A stretch of DNA of 64,000 nt from Nanobdellota archaeon (GTDB taxonomy: Archaea > Nanobdellota > Nanobdellia > Pacearchaeales > GW2011-AR1), in NCBI GenBank assembly GCA_049324275.1, contig JBMOLG010000004.1:29279-93278 (forward strand), given 5' to 3'. Each line of letters begins with the position of its first letter. Position 1 is the first letter of the stretch. Positions 47,568 through 55,938 of the stretch are shown here, one piece after another. Made by a program: the position numbers and the translations under genes. Under the pieces are notes generated by a model. The model saw only the letters and a program-made list of their open reading frames with translations, ran no database searches and was not told the origin of the DNA.

Positions 47568-47816
47568 ATGAAAAATAAAAATATTAGAGAAAAAGGAAAG
47601 ATAAGATTTAGTGAATATTTTAAAGAATTAAAAGAAGGAGACAGAGTAGCAATTGTAAGTGAAAGCAGCATAGATAGCTCATTTCCAATCAGAATCATTG
47701 GAAAAAGCGGAAATGTCGTTGGAGAGAGAGGATTATATAAATTAGTTGCAATACGGGATGGTAATAAAATGAAAACATTTATAATTCATCCTATACACTT
47801 AAAAAAATTAAAATGA
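47568..47816 (+). CDS. rpl21e: 50S ribosomal protein L21e
   Basis: F.ELKEGDRVAIV...GKSGNVVGERGLYKLVAIRDGNKMKTFIIHPIHLKKL matches the L21e SH3-like core. Confidence 0.8.
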   Translation: MKNKNIREKGKIRFSEYFKELKEGDRVAIVSESSIDSSFPIRIIGKSGNVVGERGLYKLVAIRDGNKMKTFIIHPIHLKKLK

Positions 47817-48115
47817 TAAAGAAAATAACACCTTTGACAATGTCTGAAGTAATGGAATTATCAAAAGAAGGAAAAAAATCAGAACAAATAAATGTGTTTA
47901 TTAAAAAATTTTCACCTCTCAAAATAGAAGATATAAAAAAATTAAGAGAAGAGCTTAAACAATTGGATTTAGTAAAATTAAAGGAAGAATTTATAGTAAA
48001 AATAATAGATTTTTTACCAGAAGATGCTTCAGATTTAAATAAAATTATTGCTGATGTTTCATTTGATCAAGATGAAGTCACAAAGATATTGGATGTTATT
48101 AAAAAATATAAGTAA
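47813..48115 (+). CDS. rpoF: DNA-directed RNA polymerase subunit F (Rpo4)
   Basis: 100-aa helical protein in the conserved archaeal L21e-RpoF-DUF655 position. LTMSEVMELSK...IIDFLPEDASDL...DEVTKILDVIKKY fits the Rpb4/RpoF pattern. Confidence 0.6.
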   Translation: MIKKITPLTMSEVMELSKEGKKSEQINVFIKKFSPLKIEDIKKLREELKQLDLVKLKEEFIVKIIDFLPEDASDLNKIIADVSFDQDEVTKILDVIKKYK

Positions 48116-48120
48116 ACAAG

Positions 48121-48657
48121 ATGGAAAAAGAAGAAAATGCAATTGTGCTAGACTATTTACCTTATGGTTACCCATTAGAGAAGAAAATGATTTCAGTAGT
48201 TCAAGCTATTGGAGAAAAGAATTTAATACTTTTAGAGATAGTCCCAAGGAGAGGGATAAGCTTTGAACTAAAAGAAATTGTTTACATTGGCGAGGGTAAA
48301 CGGGAAAAAGTGCTTTATATAAAAGGCAGATTACCCCGAGAAAAATTAACAGAAACAGCAAAAATTCAATTAAATGAATTCATTGAAAAATATGTTGAAC
48401 AAAATGAAGGAAAATTTGTTGAATTTTTTAATAATGCACAGGCAATAAATACCCGGTTGCACCAATTTGAATTGTTGCCTGGATTTGGGAAAAAACATAC
48501 AAAGGCAATCATAGAGAAAAGGGAGGAAAAACCCTTTGATTCCTTTGAGGATATCAAAAATAGGGTATCAAACATACCAAATCCAAAAAAAGCAATTGAA
48601 AAACGTATAGTTGAAGAATTGACCGAAATTCAAAGAAATAGTTTATTTATAAGATAA
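48121..48657 (+). CDS. DUF655-family putative RNA-binding protein (OB plus HhH)
   Basis: EENAIVLDYLPYGYP at the N-terminus and LHQFELLPGFGKKHTKAIIEKRE (helix-hairpin-helix) are typical of archaeal DUF655. Confidence 0.75.
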   Translation: MEKEENAIVLDYLPYGYPLEKKMISVVQAIGEKNLILLEIVPRRGISFELKEIVYIGEGKREKVLYIKGRLPREKLTETAKIQLNEFIEKYVEQNEGKFVEFFNNAQAINTRLHQFELLPGFGKKHTKAIIEKREEKPFDSFEDIKNRVSNIPNPKKAIEKRIVEELTEIQRNSLFIR

Positions 48658-48658
48658 A

Positions 48659-49123
48659 ATGGAAAATACAAATGAAGAAGTAAAATTAATAAGAATCTTA
48701 TCAAAAGACATACCCGGAAGTATGAAGGTTTACGCAGGACTCACCTCAATAAAAGGAATATCATGGAGTTTTTCAAATGTAATTTGCAAAAGATTAAACA
48801 TTGACAAAAATAAAAAAATTCAAAATTTAAGCAAGGAAGAGATAGAAAAAATAACAAATTTTATGAAAAAACAGGATATCCCCCAATATTTTGTTAACAG
48901 AAAAAATGACATAAGCTCAGGAAATAATATGCATTTAGTTGGGGCGGATTTAGATCTCCAAAAAGATTTTGATATAAAGAGATTAAAGAAAATTAAATCT
49001 TATAAAGGGATAAGGCATACTCATGGACTGCCAGTAAGAGGCCAAAGAACAAAATCTCATTTCAGGAAAAACAGAAAAAAGAGCGGAGCAACAGGATTAA
49101 AGAAAAAAGGAGTTACCAAGTAA
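48659..49123 (+). CDS. rps13: 30S ribosomal protein S13
   Basis: IRILSKDIPGS..V..LTSIKGI and GIRHTHGLPVRGQRTKS. Confidence 0.9.
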   Translation: MENTNEEVKLIRILSKDIPGSMKVYAGLTSIKGISWSFSNVICKRLNIDKNKKIQNLSKEEIEKITNFMKKQDIPQYFVNRKNDISSGNNMHLVGADLDLQKDFDIKRLKKIKSYKGIRHTHGLPVRGQRTKSHFRKNRKKSGATGLKKKGVTK

Positions 49124-49124
49124 G

Positions 49125-49616
49125 ATGGGCGATATAAAAAGGAAAAAAAGCAAATTTAAAAGACCAAAAAAACCATACGATAAGAAGAGAATTGAAGAAG
49201 AAAATCTGATTATTAAGAAATATGGATTAAAGAACAAAAAAGAGATTTGGAAAGCAGAAGCAGAAGTTTCGAAGATTAGAAGAATAGCTAAATCTTTGAT
49301 ATCAAAGTCAGACGAAGAAAAAAATGAGTTTTTCAATAAATTAAAAAAAATGGGATTTAATATAAATAAGATTGCAGATGTTTTAGCTTTAACAACAGAA
49401 GATTGGTTGAATAGAAGATTACAAACATTTGTATTCCAATCAAAATTAGCAAATTCTCCTAAAGAAGCAAGGCAAAAGATTGTGCACAAAAAAGTTTTAG
49501 TAAACAACGCTGTAGTAAATATTCCTTCATTTATGGTCGATACAGAATTTGAGAATAAGATTACGATAAAACAAAGTTCAAGAGCTAAATTAAAAGAGGA
49601 AGTTTCAAATGAGTAA
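49125..49616 (+). CDS. rps4: 30S ribosomal protein S4
   Basis: KFKRPKKPYDKKRIEEE..IIKKYGLKNKKEIWK, followed by the S4 RNA-binding domain RLQTFVF..KLANSPKEARQKIVHKKVLVN. Confidence 0.9.
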   Translation: MGDIKRKKSKFKRPKKPYDKKRIEEENLIIKKYGLKNKKEIWKAEAEVSKIRRIAKSLISKSDEEKNEFFNKLKKMGFNINKIADVLALTTEDWLNRRLQTFVFQSKLANSPKEARQKIVHKKVLVNNAVVNIPSFMVDTEFENKITIKQSSRAKLKEEVSNE

Positions 49617-49989
49617 TACAAAATCAGGTATTGTCCATATTTATACAAGTTTTAACAATACTGTTGCACAAATTACAGATTTAGCTGGAAACACAATAGG
49701 GCGAGTTTCAGGAGGGTTGATTACAAAGCATGATAGATTAAAAGCTAATCCCACCATCGCAATGTTTATTGGAAAAAGAATAGGGGAGTTTGCTAAAGAT
49801 AAAGGAATTGAATCTTTATATATACGAATTAAAGCCCAGACAGGGTCGACCGGCATGGGCCCGGGAGCACATTCAGTTGTAAAAACATTAACAAAAGAAG
49901 GATTCAAAATATTAAGTATAGCCGAAGTTACTGCAATCCCGAGAGGGGGACCTAAGAAAAAAGGAGGAAGGCGCGGTAGAAGAGTCTAA
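49609..49989 (+). CDS. rps11: 30S ribosomal protein S11
   Basis: GIVHIYTSFNNT.AQITD..GN and PGAHSVVKTLTKEGFKILSI.EVT.IPRGGPKKKGGRRGRR. Confidence 0.9.
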   Translation: MSNTKSGIVHIYTSFNNTVAQITDLAGNTIGRVSGGLITKHDRLKANPTIAMFIGKRIGEFAKDKGIESLYIRIKAQTGSTGMGPGAHSVVKTLTKEGFKILSIAEVTAIPRGGPKKKGGRRGRRV

Positions 49990-50023
49990 TTAAATTTTTA
50001 AACTCAAAATTAACTAAAGTAAT

Positions 50024-50725
50024 ATGATAAAACAAATTACAAAAACCCCAGAAAAAATAGTATTTACTACTGATATGGAAACAAGCCTTGCAAATACTAT
50101 CAGAAGGGAGATAAATGAAATACAGATACTTGCTATTGATGAAGTGGATATTTATAAAAACGATTCTGCATTATATGACCAAATAATTGCTCATAGGTTG
50201 GGCTTAATTCCCTTAAAGAACCAAAAGTTGAAAAAAGAAGACGACTTTGTTGAGATAAGACTAAAGGCTATGGGGACTGAAGTTTTGTCAAAAGAATTAG
50301 GTGATTATGCAGTCCATGAGAATATTCCGATTGTGTTATTAGAAAAAGATCAGGAATTAGAGTTAGTAGCTCGAGCTAAATTGGGAATGGGGAAACAGCA
50401 TGCAAAATTTATACCAGGATTAACTTATTATAGAATATTGCCCAAGATAGATATTTCAAAATCAGGAGAAAAAAATCATGAACTATCTGAATTATATCCT
50501 CAAATCTTTGAGTTTAAAAATAATATACTTAAGGTAAAAAATGATTGGCAATGCGATTTAGATCAAGAAGATATTAAAGAATATGAAGGAATAAAAATTA
50601 CTCCTACAGATGAATTGGTATTTTTTATAGAATCCTGGGGCCAGATTGAAGCAAAAGATATATTTTTGGAATCCTTAAAAGCCTTAAGAAATAACCTATC
50701 CGAGCTGAAAAACTCACTAAAGTGA
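50024..50725 (+). CDS. rpoD: DNA-directed RNA polymerase subunit D (Rpo3)
   Basis: Conserved position after S11. SLANTIRREI...I.AID.V.IYKNDSALYDQIIAHRLGLIPL is the RpoD/Rpb3 dimerisation motif. Confidence 0.85.
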   Translation: MIKQITKTPEKIVFTTDMETSLANTIRREINEIQILAIDEVDIYKNDSALYDQIIAHRLGLIPLKNQKLKKEDDFVEIRLKAMGTEVLSKELGDYAVHENIPIVLLEKDQELELVARAKLGMGKQHAKFIPGLTYYRILPKIDISKSGEKNHELSELYPQIFEFKNNILKVKNDWQCDLDQEDIKEYEGIKITPTDELVFFIESWGQIEAKDIFLESLKALRNNLSELKNSLK

Positions 50726-50807
50726 GGGGATGCCGGAGCGGTCAAACGGGACACGTTAAGGCCGTGTTGGCTTAGTGCCTGCGAGGGTTCGAATCCTTCT
50801 CCCCTCA
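50724..50807 (+). tRNA. Class II tRNA, apparently tRNA-Leu with anticodon AAG by hand folding
   Basis: Acceptor GAGGGGA/TCCCCTC, D-arm CCG..CGG, perfect anticodon stem ACACG/CGTGT around loop TTAAGGC, variable arm GGC-TTAGT-GCC, T-arm GAGGG-TTCGAAT-CCTTC. Overlaps the rpoD stop codon by 2 nt. Confidence 0.8.
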
Positions 50808-50814
50808 TAAAAAA

Positions 50815-51183
50815 ATGAAACAAATAAGTAAAACACAAGTTGAAAAAAGATTGAAAAAGAAAACAAATTCCATATTAGTTGAAACTATAATAAAGCTAAA
50901 AAAAACAAATCCCTTAGTTGCAAAAATTCTTGCCACGCCAAAGAAAAAGTCTGTAAAAATAAATCTTGATAGGATAAACAAAGAAAGCAAAGAGGGAGAT
51001 AAAATATTAATTCCCGGAAAAATTTTGTCAAATGGAGAATTAAATAAAAAATTAGAAATAGTGGCTTGGTCTGCTTCAGAAAAAGCAATACAAAAAATCC
51101 AAAAATCAAAATCAAACTTTAAAGAAATTATTGAAGAAATTAAAAAAAATCCGGAATTAAAAAATTTGAAAATTCTAAAATGA
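50815..51183 (+). CDS. rpl18e: 50S ribosomal protein L18e
   Basis: Conserved position between rpoD and L13. Basic 122-aa protein with the INLDRIN....GDKILIPGKIL..GEL.KK.EIVAWSAS pattern. Confidence 0.8.
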   Translation: MKQISKTQVEKRLKKKTNSILVETIIKLKKTNPLVAKILATPKKKSVKINLDRINKESKEGDKILIPGKILSNGELNKKLEIVAWSASEKAIQKIQKSKSNFKEIIEEIKKNPELKNLKILK

Positions 51184-51581
51184 ACAAAATAGTATTTGAT
51201 GCAGAAGATGCAGTTGTAGGAAGATTAGGAAGTCATGCTGCAAAGGAATTATTAAAAGGAAAAGAAGTAATAATTATAAATTCAGAAAAAGCAATTATTA
51301 CAGGAGATAAAAAAAACATAATTGAAAGAATTTTAAGATTGAGAAAAAAAGGAGGCAGTTCACAAAAAGGGCCAAAAATTTCGAAATTACCAGATAAATT
51401 GCTAAAAAGAATGATTCGGGGAATGCTTCCATGGGACAAACCAAGAGGGAAAGAAGTATATAAAAATTTAAAGTGTCATTCTGGAAATAGTATTAAAATA
51501 GATGCAGAAATAAAAAAAATTCAAATTGGAAAAAAGCCTTCAAAATATTTAACAATTAAACAGATATCAGAATTAATATGA
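51180..51581 (+). CDS. rpl13: 50S ribosomal protein L13
   Basis: VFDAEDAVVGRLGSHAAKELLKGKEVIIINSEKAIITG and MIRGMLP. Confidence 0.9.
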   Translation: MNKIVFDAEDAVVGRLGSHAAKELLKGKEVIIINSEKAIITGDKKNIIERILRLRKKGGSSQKGPKISKLPDKLLKRMIRGMLPWDKPRGKEVYKNLKCHSGNSIKIDAEIKKIQIGKKPSKYLTIKQISELI

Positions 51582-51979
51582 AAGAACAAATTTTTTCAGG
51601 AAAAAGAAAGACGGCCATTGCGAGAGCAAATATCAAAAAAGGAAATGGAAAAATTACTATTAATAAAAGACCAATTGAGCTTTTTCCAGAATTAAACCAA
51701 TTAGAATTGAAAGAGCCAATACTTATAGCACATGAAATTTTAGGAAAAAGTGATTTTGACATTAATGTTAATGTTATCGGAGGAGGATTATCCTCGAGAA
51801 TAGAAGCTTCAAGGTTGGCAATCGCAAGAGCGATACTTGGTTTTTCGAAAGATGAAAAATTGAAAAGTGCATATATCAAATATGACAGAAATATGTTAGT
51901 TGCAGATACAAGAAGAAAAGAAGCATATAAGCCAGGAGACTCAAAAGCTAGGGCCAAGAGACAGACTTCTTATAGATAA
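51578..51979 (+). CDS. rps9: 30S ribosomal protein S9
   Basis: GKRKTAIARANIKKGNGKITIN, GGGLSSRIEASRLAIARAIL, and C-terminal ARAKRQTSYR. Confidence 0.9.
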   Translation: MKEQIFSGKRKTAIARANIKKGNGKITINKRPIELFPELNQLELKEPILIAHEILGKSDFDINVNVIGGGLSSRIEASRLAIARAILGFSKDEKLKSAYIKYDRNMLVADTRRKEAYKPGDSKARAKRQTSYR

Positions 51980-52534
51980 TTAAAGGCTAGCACCATTAAT
52001 TGTATCTTTTTGAGGTTTTAATTTTTCTTTCAATTTCCTTTGTACGGCATAAAAAATTTCCGGTGAAATAATCTGTGCATGCAAACCTTTATTCAGTTTT
52101 CCTGCAAATTTTATTTCCCCCAAATACGTTCGATTAGTTAAAACTTTTTTTATTCCATTAACTGACAGCCCATAATGTTTCGATAAAGAATTCAGTGAAT
52201 AATCTTTCTCTAAAAATGTCTTAAACAATGAATGAACCTTTGAAGCATCCTCATTTGGAATTAATTTACCTTCAATTACATTATACCCCCATGGTGCCCT
52301 TGTTACCAAACAACCATAATTTGCTTTTTTATCCATACCTTGTTTAAGCTTTTCTCCTACGGACTGGCCGAACTTTCTAAATGTATCTATTATCCTCCAA
52401 TCAATTTTTTCGGAAACATATTCATCAAAACTTTGTTTAAATTCAGGTGCAAAATGAGAACAAATTCTGCATAGGGTTAGTCCATTTTTTTCAGTCTCTT
52501 TTTTATCAGAATATCCGCATTTCGCACATACCAT
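51980..52534 (-). CDS. Zinc-ribbon protein with serine-recombinase 'Recombinase' domain but no resolvase catalytic domain
   Basis: N-terminus CAKCG...CRIC. Then APWGYNVIEGKLIPNEDASKVHSLFKTFLEKDYSLNSLSKHYGLSVNGIKKVLTNRTYLGEI...HAQIISPEIFYAVQ matches the P-x-G-Y...EA..V..IF...L...G......V..IL.N..Y.G pattern of large serine recombinases. Confidence 0.5.
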   Translation of the reverse strand: MVCAKCGYSDKKETEKNGLTLCRICSHFAPEFKQSFDEYVSEKIDWRIIDTFRKFGQSVGEKLKQGMDKKANYGCLVTRAPWGYNVIEGKLIPNEDASKVHSLFKTFLEKDYSLNSLSKHYGLSVNGIKKVLTNRTYLGEIKFAGKLNKGLHAQIISPEIFYAVQRKLKEKLKPQKDTINGASL

Positions 52535-52630
52535 AACCTAATTATAAAAGATCCAATTTAAATATTATTGGATAAGTATTGGAAATTTTAGAATGGTTTA
52601 TTATAGATAGATTTTTTAAGTCATTAAAAT

Positions 52631-52686
52631 TTTAAACAGCTGTTTGTTTTTTAAACAGCAACGGACATTTAAACAGCTGTTTAAAT
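52631..52686. promoter_or_regulatory. Cluster of AAACAGCTGTTT(AAA) palindromic motifs in a divergent intergenic region
   Basis: TTTAAACAGCTGTTTG (52631-52646), half-site TTTAAACAGCA (52650-52660), and a perfect 20-bp palindrome ATTTAAACAGCTGTTTAAAT (52667-52686). Confidence 0.6.
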
Positions 52687-52743
52687 TATAAGTTGGGTAA
52701 TTAATTAAAATTTAAAAATAAAGAAAAGTTAAAATAGAAAAGA

Positions 52744-53103
52744 ATGGCTGAGGGACTTCATATCTTGGCAAATTTTTATGAATGCAGAAAGAATGTTAAT
52801 TTATTGATTGACAAAAAAGAACTTGAAAAGATTTGTGTGAAGATGATTAAGGGTCAAGACCTTCAAGTAATTGAAGAGAGCTTTTATAAATTTGGGGAAG
52901 ATGGAGGGATTACGGGATTTATCATGCTGGCAGAATCTCATTTTTCAATACATACATGGCCTGAAAAAGATAATTTTATTGCATTAGACATCTATGTTTG
53001 CAATGTTAAAAATGATAATTCAGGCAAGGTAAAAGAGATATTTAAATATTTAAAATTATTATTTGAACCGAAAAGAATAAAGAAAAAATTTGTTTTAAGA
53101 TAA
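52744..53103 (+). CDS. speH: S-adenosylmethionine decarboxylase proenzyme (pyruvoyl, SpeH-type)
   Basis: [11 protein letters not shown] and the self-cleavage site [13 protein letters not shown]. Confidence 0.8.
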   Translation: MAEGLHILANFYECRKNVNLLIDKKELEKICVKMIKGQDLQVIEESFYKFGEDGGITGFIMLAESHFSIHTWPEKDNFIALDIYVCNVKNDNSGKVKEIFKYLKLLFEPKRIKKKFVLR

Positions 53104-53931
53104 AAAGCCATCATCAATGGGCGATTTGATCTTTTTGAGTTCTTCGGCTGAGATATGCGTATAAATTTGTGTTGTGGACAGATCTGAATGCCCTAATAAT
53201 TCCTGAATTTTTCTAATATCCACCCCATCTTCCAATAAGTGAGTTGCAAATGAATGACGCAATGTATGCGGATGAATTTGCTTTTCGATGCCGGATTTTT
53301 TCATGGCATTGTTTATTATTTTCTGCAAGTTTCTAGGAGATAATTTTCCTTTTGGGCCAGTAAACAAAAAATCATTTCCGGATTTTTTTTGAAAATCAGA
53401 TTGCTTTTTCAATTCATCAAATAAAAATTCAGGAATATTAAAAATTCTGTCTTTTTTTCCCTTGGCCTGACGTATATGGCCTATTTTTTCATTAAAATTC
53501 AAATCTTTTACTTGGAGATTGGTCAATTCCGAAACCCGAAAACCACAGGCATAAATCAAACAAATCATTAATTTGCTCTTTTGATTTTTTATTGAATTAA
53601 TTAGACTTTTTATTTCTATTTTTGTAAGAACTGCAGGAATTTTTTTTTCTTTTTTTGGACGTTTAATGCTTTCAGTTATGTCTTTTGAGAGAATATTTTT
53701 ATATGCGTACTTTATTGCGGACAAAAACAAAATGATAGAAGACGTAGCTTTACTCGATAAATTTGTTGCCATGAACTCTTTTACGTCATCAGTATTAATT
53801 TGATCCGGATTTTTTTTGAAAAAATCAATCAGGACAGAATTAAAATAAAGATAATTCCTAATTGTATAATCTGAATTTTTTGAAATTTTAAGTTCAACAT
53901 TTAACTTTCTTAAAAATTCCTCTTTTTCCAT
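53095..53931 (-). CDS. xerA: Tyrosine recombinase, XerA/XerC/XerD-like
   Basis: C-terminal catalytic region ACGFRVSEL (R), [40 protein letters not shown] (H-x-x-R...H...Y). 278 aa, the size of Xer enzymes. Confidence 0.8.
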   Translation of the reverse strand: MEKEEFLRKLNVELKISKNSDYTIRNYLYFNSVLIDFFKKNPDQINTDDVKEFMATNLSSKATSSIILFLSAIKYAYKNILSKDITESIKRPKKEKKIPAVLTKIEIKSLINSIKNQKSKLMICLIYACGFRVSELTNLQVKDLNFNEKIGHIRQAKGKKDRIFNIPEFLFDELKKQSDFQKKSGNDFLFTGPKGKLSPRNLQKIINNAMKKSGIEKQIHPHTLRHSFATHLLEDGVDIRKIQELLGHSDLSTTQIYTHISAEELKKIKSPIDDGFLS

Positions 53932-54031
53932 ATGTTCAAATTTGAAAATGAATTTAATAATTTTCTTAATTCAAATCAAATAAATAACTAAATATAATAA
54001 AGCTTTTAAATATAATAAATATATCTTTTTT

Positions 54032-54298
54032 ATGGCATTTGAAAATGAGATGAAAATGTTGTCAGCAATGTCTGAAGCTCTTAGATATAGAAAAATGCAC
54101 CCTAATGCAGACCATGAGGAAATAATAAAATATATGGTTAAAATTATTAGAAGAGAAAAAAATCAAACAGGCAAGATATTAATGATGGCAGCTGTTTCAA
54201 AATCATTAGATTTAGCTAGACAAAATCCAGACTATTCTGATAAAGAGATTATTAAAATAGTAGTAAATGAAGGATTTCCAAATCCAGAAGAAAACTAA
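54032..54298 (+). CDS. Hypothetical protein
   Basis: 88-aa helical ORF. No motif recognised. Confidence 0.35.
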   Translation: MAFENEMKMLSAMSEALRYRKMHPNADHEEIIKYMVKIIRREKNQTGKILMMAAVSKSLDLARQNPDYSDKEIIKIVVNEGFPNPEEN

Positions 54299-54330
54299 TT
54301 TTTGTTAGTTAAAGTTTAATTTATTTTACA

Positions 54331-54948
54331 ATGAATCTCGAAAATGAAACTTTAAGTATGATTAATCAATTTTTTCCTGCTTATATTCAGTTAGAAAACT
54401 TGGGAATAAATCAAACAAGTTTAAAAGATTTAAAAAAGTATAGACTTAATTATTTAGACATTGGATGCGGAAACGGCGATTTAGTAAATTTCTTTTTAGA
54501 ACAAGGAATTAAAGCAGAGGGAATTGATACAAATGCCCCAAAGGGATTTAATTTTATAAAATTAAACATAGGGGATTATAAAAATGAATCAAAAGGAAAA
54601 ATTCCAAGAAAAGACCAATATTACGATTTAATTACTGCACATTCAATTCATCCATTTTTGAAATTCAGTTTAGGTTTGACAAAAGATGAAGGAATATTTA
54701 TAGTAAAAGAAGCTTTAAGGGTTCTGAATTTTGGAGGGATGTTTATGGCATATCCTGGTTTATATAAAATTGAAGAAAACATAAAAAATGAATCTTTTAG
54801 GATTGAACATCATATTTCGGGATTAGGCTTAAGAAGGTCTGATGAAGATATTCTTAAAATCTTTTCTAAATTGAGAGAATTGGGAATAAACAATGAAAAC
54901 ATCCTAAAAACAATGAAGTATAAAACATTAATATTCAAACATTATTAA
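54331..54948 (+). CDS. Class I SAM-dependent methyltransferase
   Basis: Motif I YLDIGCGNGDLVNFFLEQG followed by EGIDTN. No DPPY/NPPY-type DNA-methyltransferase motif seen. Confidence 0.6.
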   Translation: MNLENETLSMINQFFPAYIQLENLGINQTSLKDLKKYRLNYLDIGCGNGDLVNFFLEQGIKAEGIDTNAPKGFNFIKLNIGDYKNESKGKIPRKDQYYDLITAHSIHPFLKFSLGLTKDEGIFIVKEALRVLNFGGMFMAYPGLYKIEENIKNESFRIEHHISGLGLRRSDEDILKIFSKLRELGINNENILKTMKYKTLIFKHY

Positions 54949-54952
54949 AATG

Positions 54953-54975
54953 TGCACTTTGGTTAGGTTTGTGCA
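54953..54975 (+). repeat. R element copy 1 (TGCACTTTGGTTAGGTTTGTGCA)
   Basis: 23-nt unit with complementary 5-nt ends (TGCAC...GTGCA). Identical to copies at 55100, 55577 and 55975. Confidence 0.9.
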
Positions 54976-54996
54976 AAAAATTTATGGGTTTTTATT

Positions 54997-55022
54997 GTTC
55001 GCACAATATATCTTGTGCGAAC
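54997..55022. other. Perfect 10-6-10 palindrome GTTCGCACAA-TATATC-TTGTGCGAAC (candidate recombinase site or hairpin)
   Basis: The two 10-nt arms are exact reverse complements around a 6-nt AT spacer. Lies in a convergent intergenic region about 1.07 kb from the XerA-like gene. Confidence 0.6.
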
Positions 55023-55063
55023 TTTTCAGGCGATTTTGACATTATATTGAGTTAAAAGGGGTT

Positions 55064-55133
55064 TTGGTGTAATTTTTCTTGGTTTCTTCGGTTAGATTTT
55101 GCACTTTGGTTAGGTTTGTGCAAATTAGTTAAT
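55064..55133 (+). repeat. 70-bp perfect direct repeat, copy A (contains R copy 2 at 55100..55122)
   Basis: TTGGTGTAATTTTTCTTGGTTTCTTCGGTTAGATTTTGCACTTTGGTTAGGTTTGTGCAAATTAGTTAAT is identical to 55939..56008. Confidence 0.95.
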
Positions 55134-55172
55134 TTTAAGGTTGTATGAAGAACAACAACACACGCCATAGTT

Positions 55173-55192
55173 TGCACTTTGGTTAGGTTTGT
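55173..55192 (+). repeat. R element copy 3 (3' end degenerate)
   Basis: TGCACTTTGGTTAGGTTTGT followed by TAGGCAC instead of GCA. Confidence 0.8.
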
Positions 55193-55237
55193 TAGGCACT
55201 GATTTTTTGTAGATGAGTTAAGTATTAAGACAGCTGT

Positions 55238-55540
55238 TTAAATTTTTTTGAACATGACAAAATCCCAATTGAAAAAACCGTAACGCTCACCCATTCTTAC
55301 AGAAATTTTCATACCTTTTGTTAATTTTGACCAGGTAGGAATATTTTTTGGATTTGTATATCTTTCAACTTTTATAATCCTAATTTTATCCCCCCAGGGT
55401 GTTTGAAATATCTGTCCTCTTTTATATTTGTTTAATTCATAGCAGCTACGAATAGTGGAACAATGATCTAATTCTCTTAATTGAGCTTTGATATCTTGCC
55501 ATTCTTTTTCTGGAAATGACATTATAGAGTATTTTTTCAT
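55238..55540 (-). CDS. Hypothetical protein (possibly ASCH/PUA-like beta-barrel)
   Basis: The internal ATG (MKKYSIMSF) is preferred because the listed N-terminus (MHKPNQSAQ) is just the translation of R copy 4. The STIRSC...KRGQIF...GDKIRIIKVER pattern is weakly ASCH-like. Confidence 0.4.
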   Translation of the reverse strand: MKKYSIMSFPEKEWQDIKAQLRELDHCSTIRSCYELNKYKRGQIFQTPWGDKIRIIKVERYTNPKNIPTWSKLTKGMKISVRMGERYGFFNWDFVMFKKI

Positions 55541-55576
55541 TGTTTTTAAAAGCAATAAGATTTTATGAATGTTTTG

Positions 55577-55599
55577 TGCACTTTGGTTAGGTTTGTGCA
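55577..55599 (+). repeat. R element copy 4
   Basis: Exact TGCACTTTGGTTAGGTTTGTGCA, about 40 nt upstream of the preferred start of the 55238..55540 gene. Confidence 0.9.
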
Positions 55600-55603
55600 T
55601 CAG

Positions 55604-55855
55604 TTACTTATTTAAAAAGATAGTAGTATGAAAATGATAAGAATTAATACTGGATGGAGGGAGATTAATCTTTATTTTAGAATAAAATTTATCTAAGAGA
55701 GACCTATATTCCTTTGGGACTTCCTGATATCTTGAGCAAATATAAGTTCCATCTGAATTATATTGAGTAGTTACTAAAGCAGGAATAAAATTATCTATTA
55801 TTTCAATTTTTTTGGATGAATTTTTTGAAGGCCATAAAAAATTAATTAATCCCAT
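55604..55855 (-). CDS. Hypothetical protein
   Basis: 83-aa ORF between R copy 4 and the 70-bp repeat copy B. Confidence 0.35.
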   Translation of the reverse strand: MGLINFLWPSKNSSKKIEIIDNFIPALVTTQYNSDGTYICSRYQEVPKEYRSLLDKFYSKIKINLPPSSINSYHFHTTIFLNK

Positions 55856-55938
55856 GAATCTGAAGATTTATTGAAGTTTAATAACTTTTGCATTTATTTC
55901 CATTACATGATATTTTATTATTTTATCTTGTGGGAGTA

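Noticed and set aside
47306-47698. 130-aa minus-strand ORF.
   Set aside because: It overlaps a well-formed plus-strand zinc-ribbon ORF (47327-47494) and the 5' end of L21e. Its sequence is Phe/Leu/Ser-rich noise.
40374-50807. Introns in the four tRNA genes.
   Set aside because: All four fold into uninterrupted cloverleaves of 71-84 nt. No bulge-helix-bulge insert is required.
49097-51957. Antisense ORFs across the ribosomal protein operon: 49097-49648, 49641-49907, 50563-50838, 50805-50990, 50885-51115, 51233-51439 and 51556-51957.
   Set aside because: They are opposite unmistakable S4, S11, tRNA, L18e, L13 and S9 genes. They are hydrophobic, low-complexity translations.
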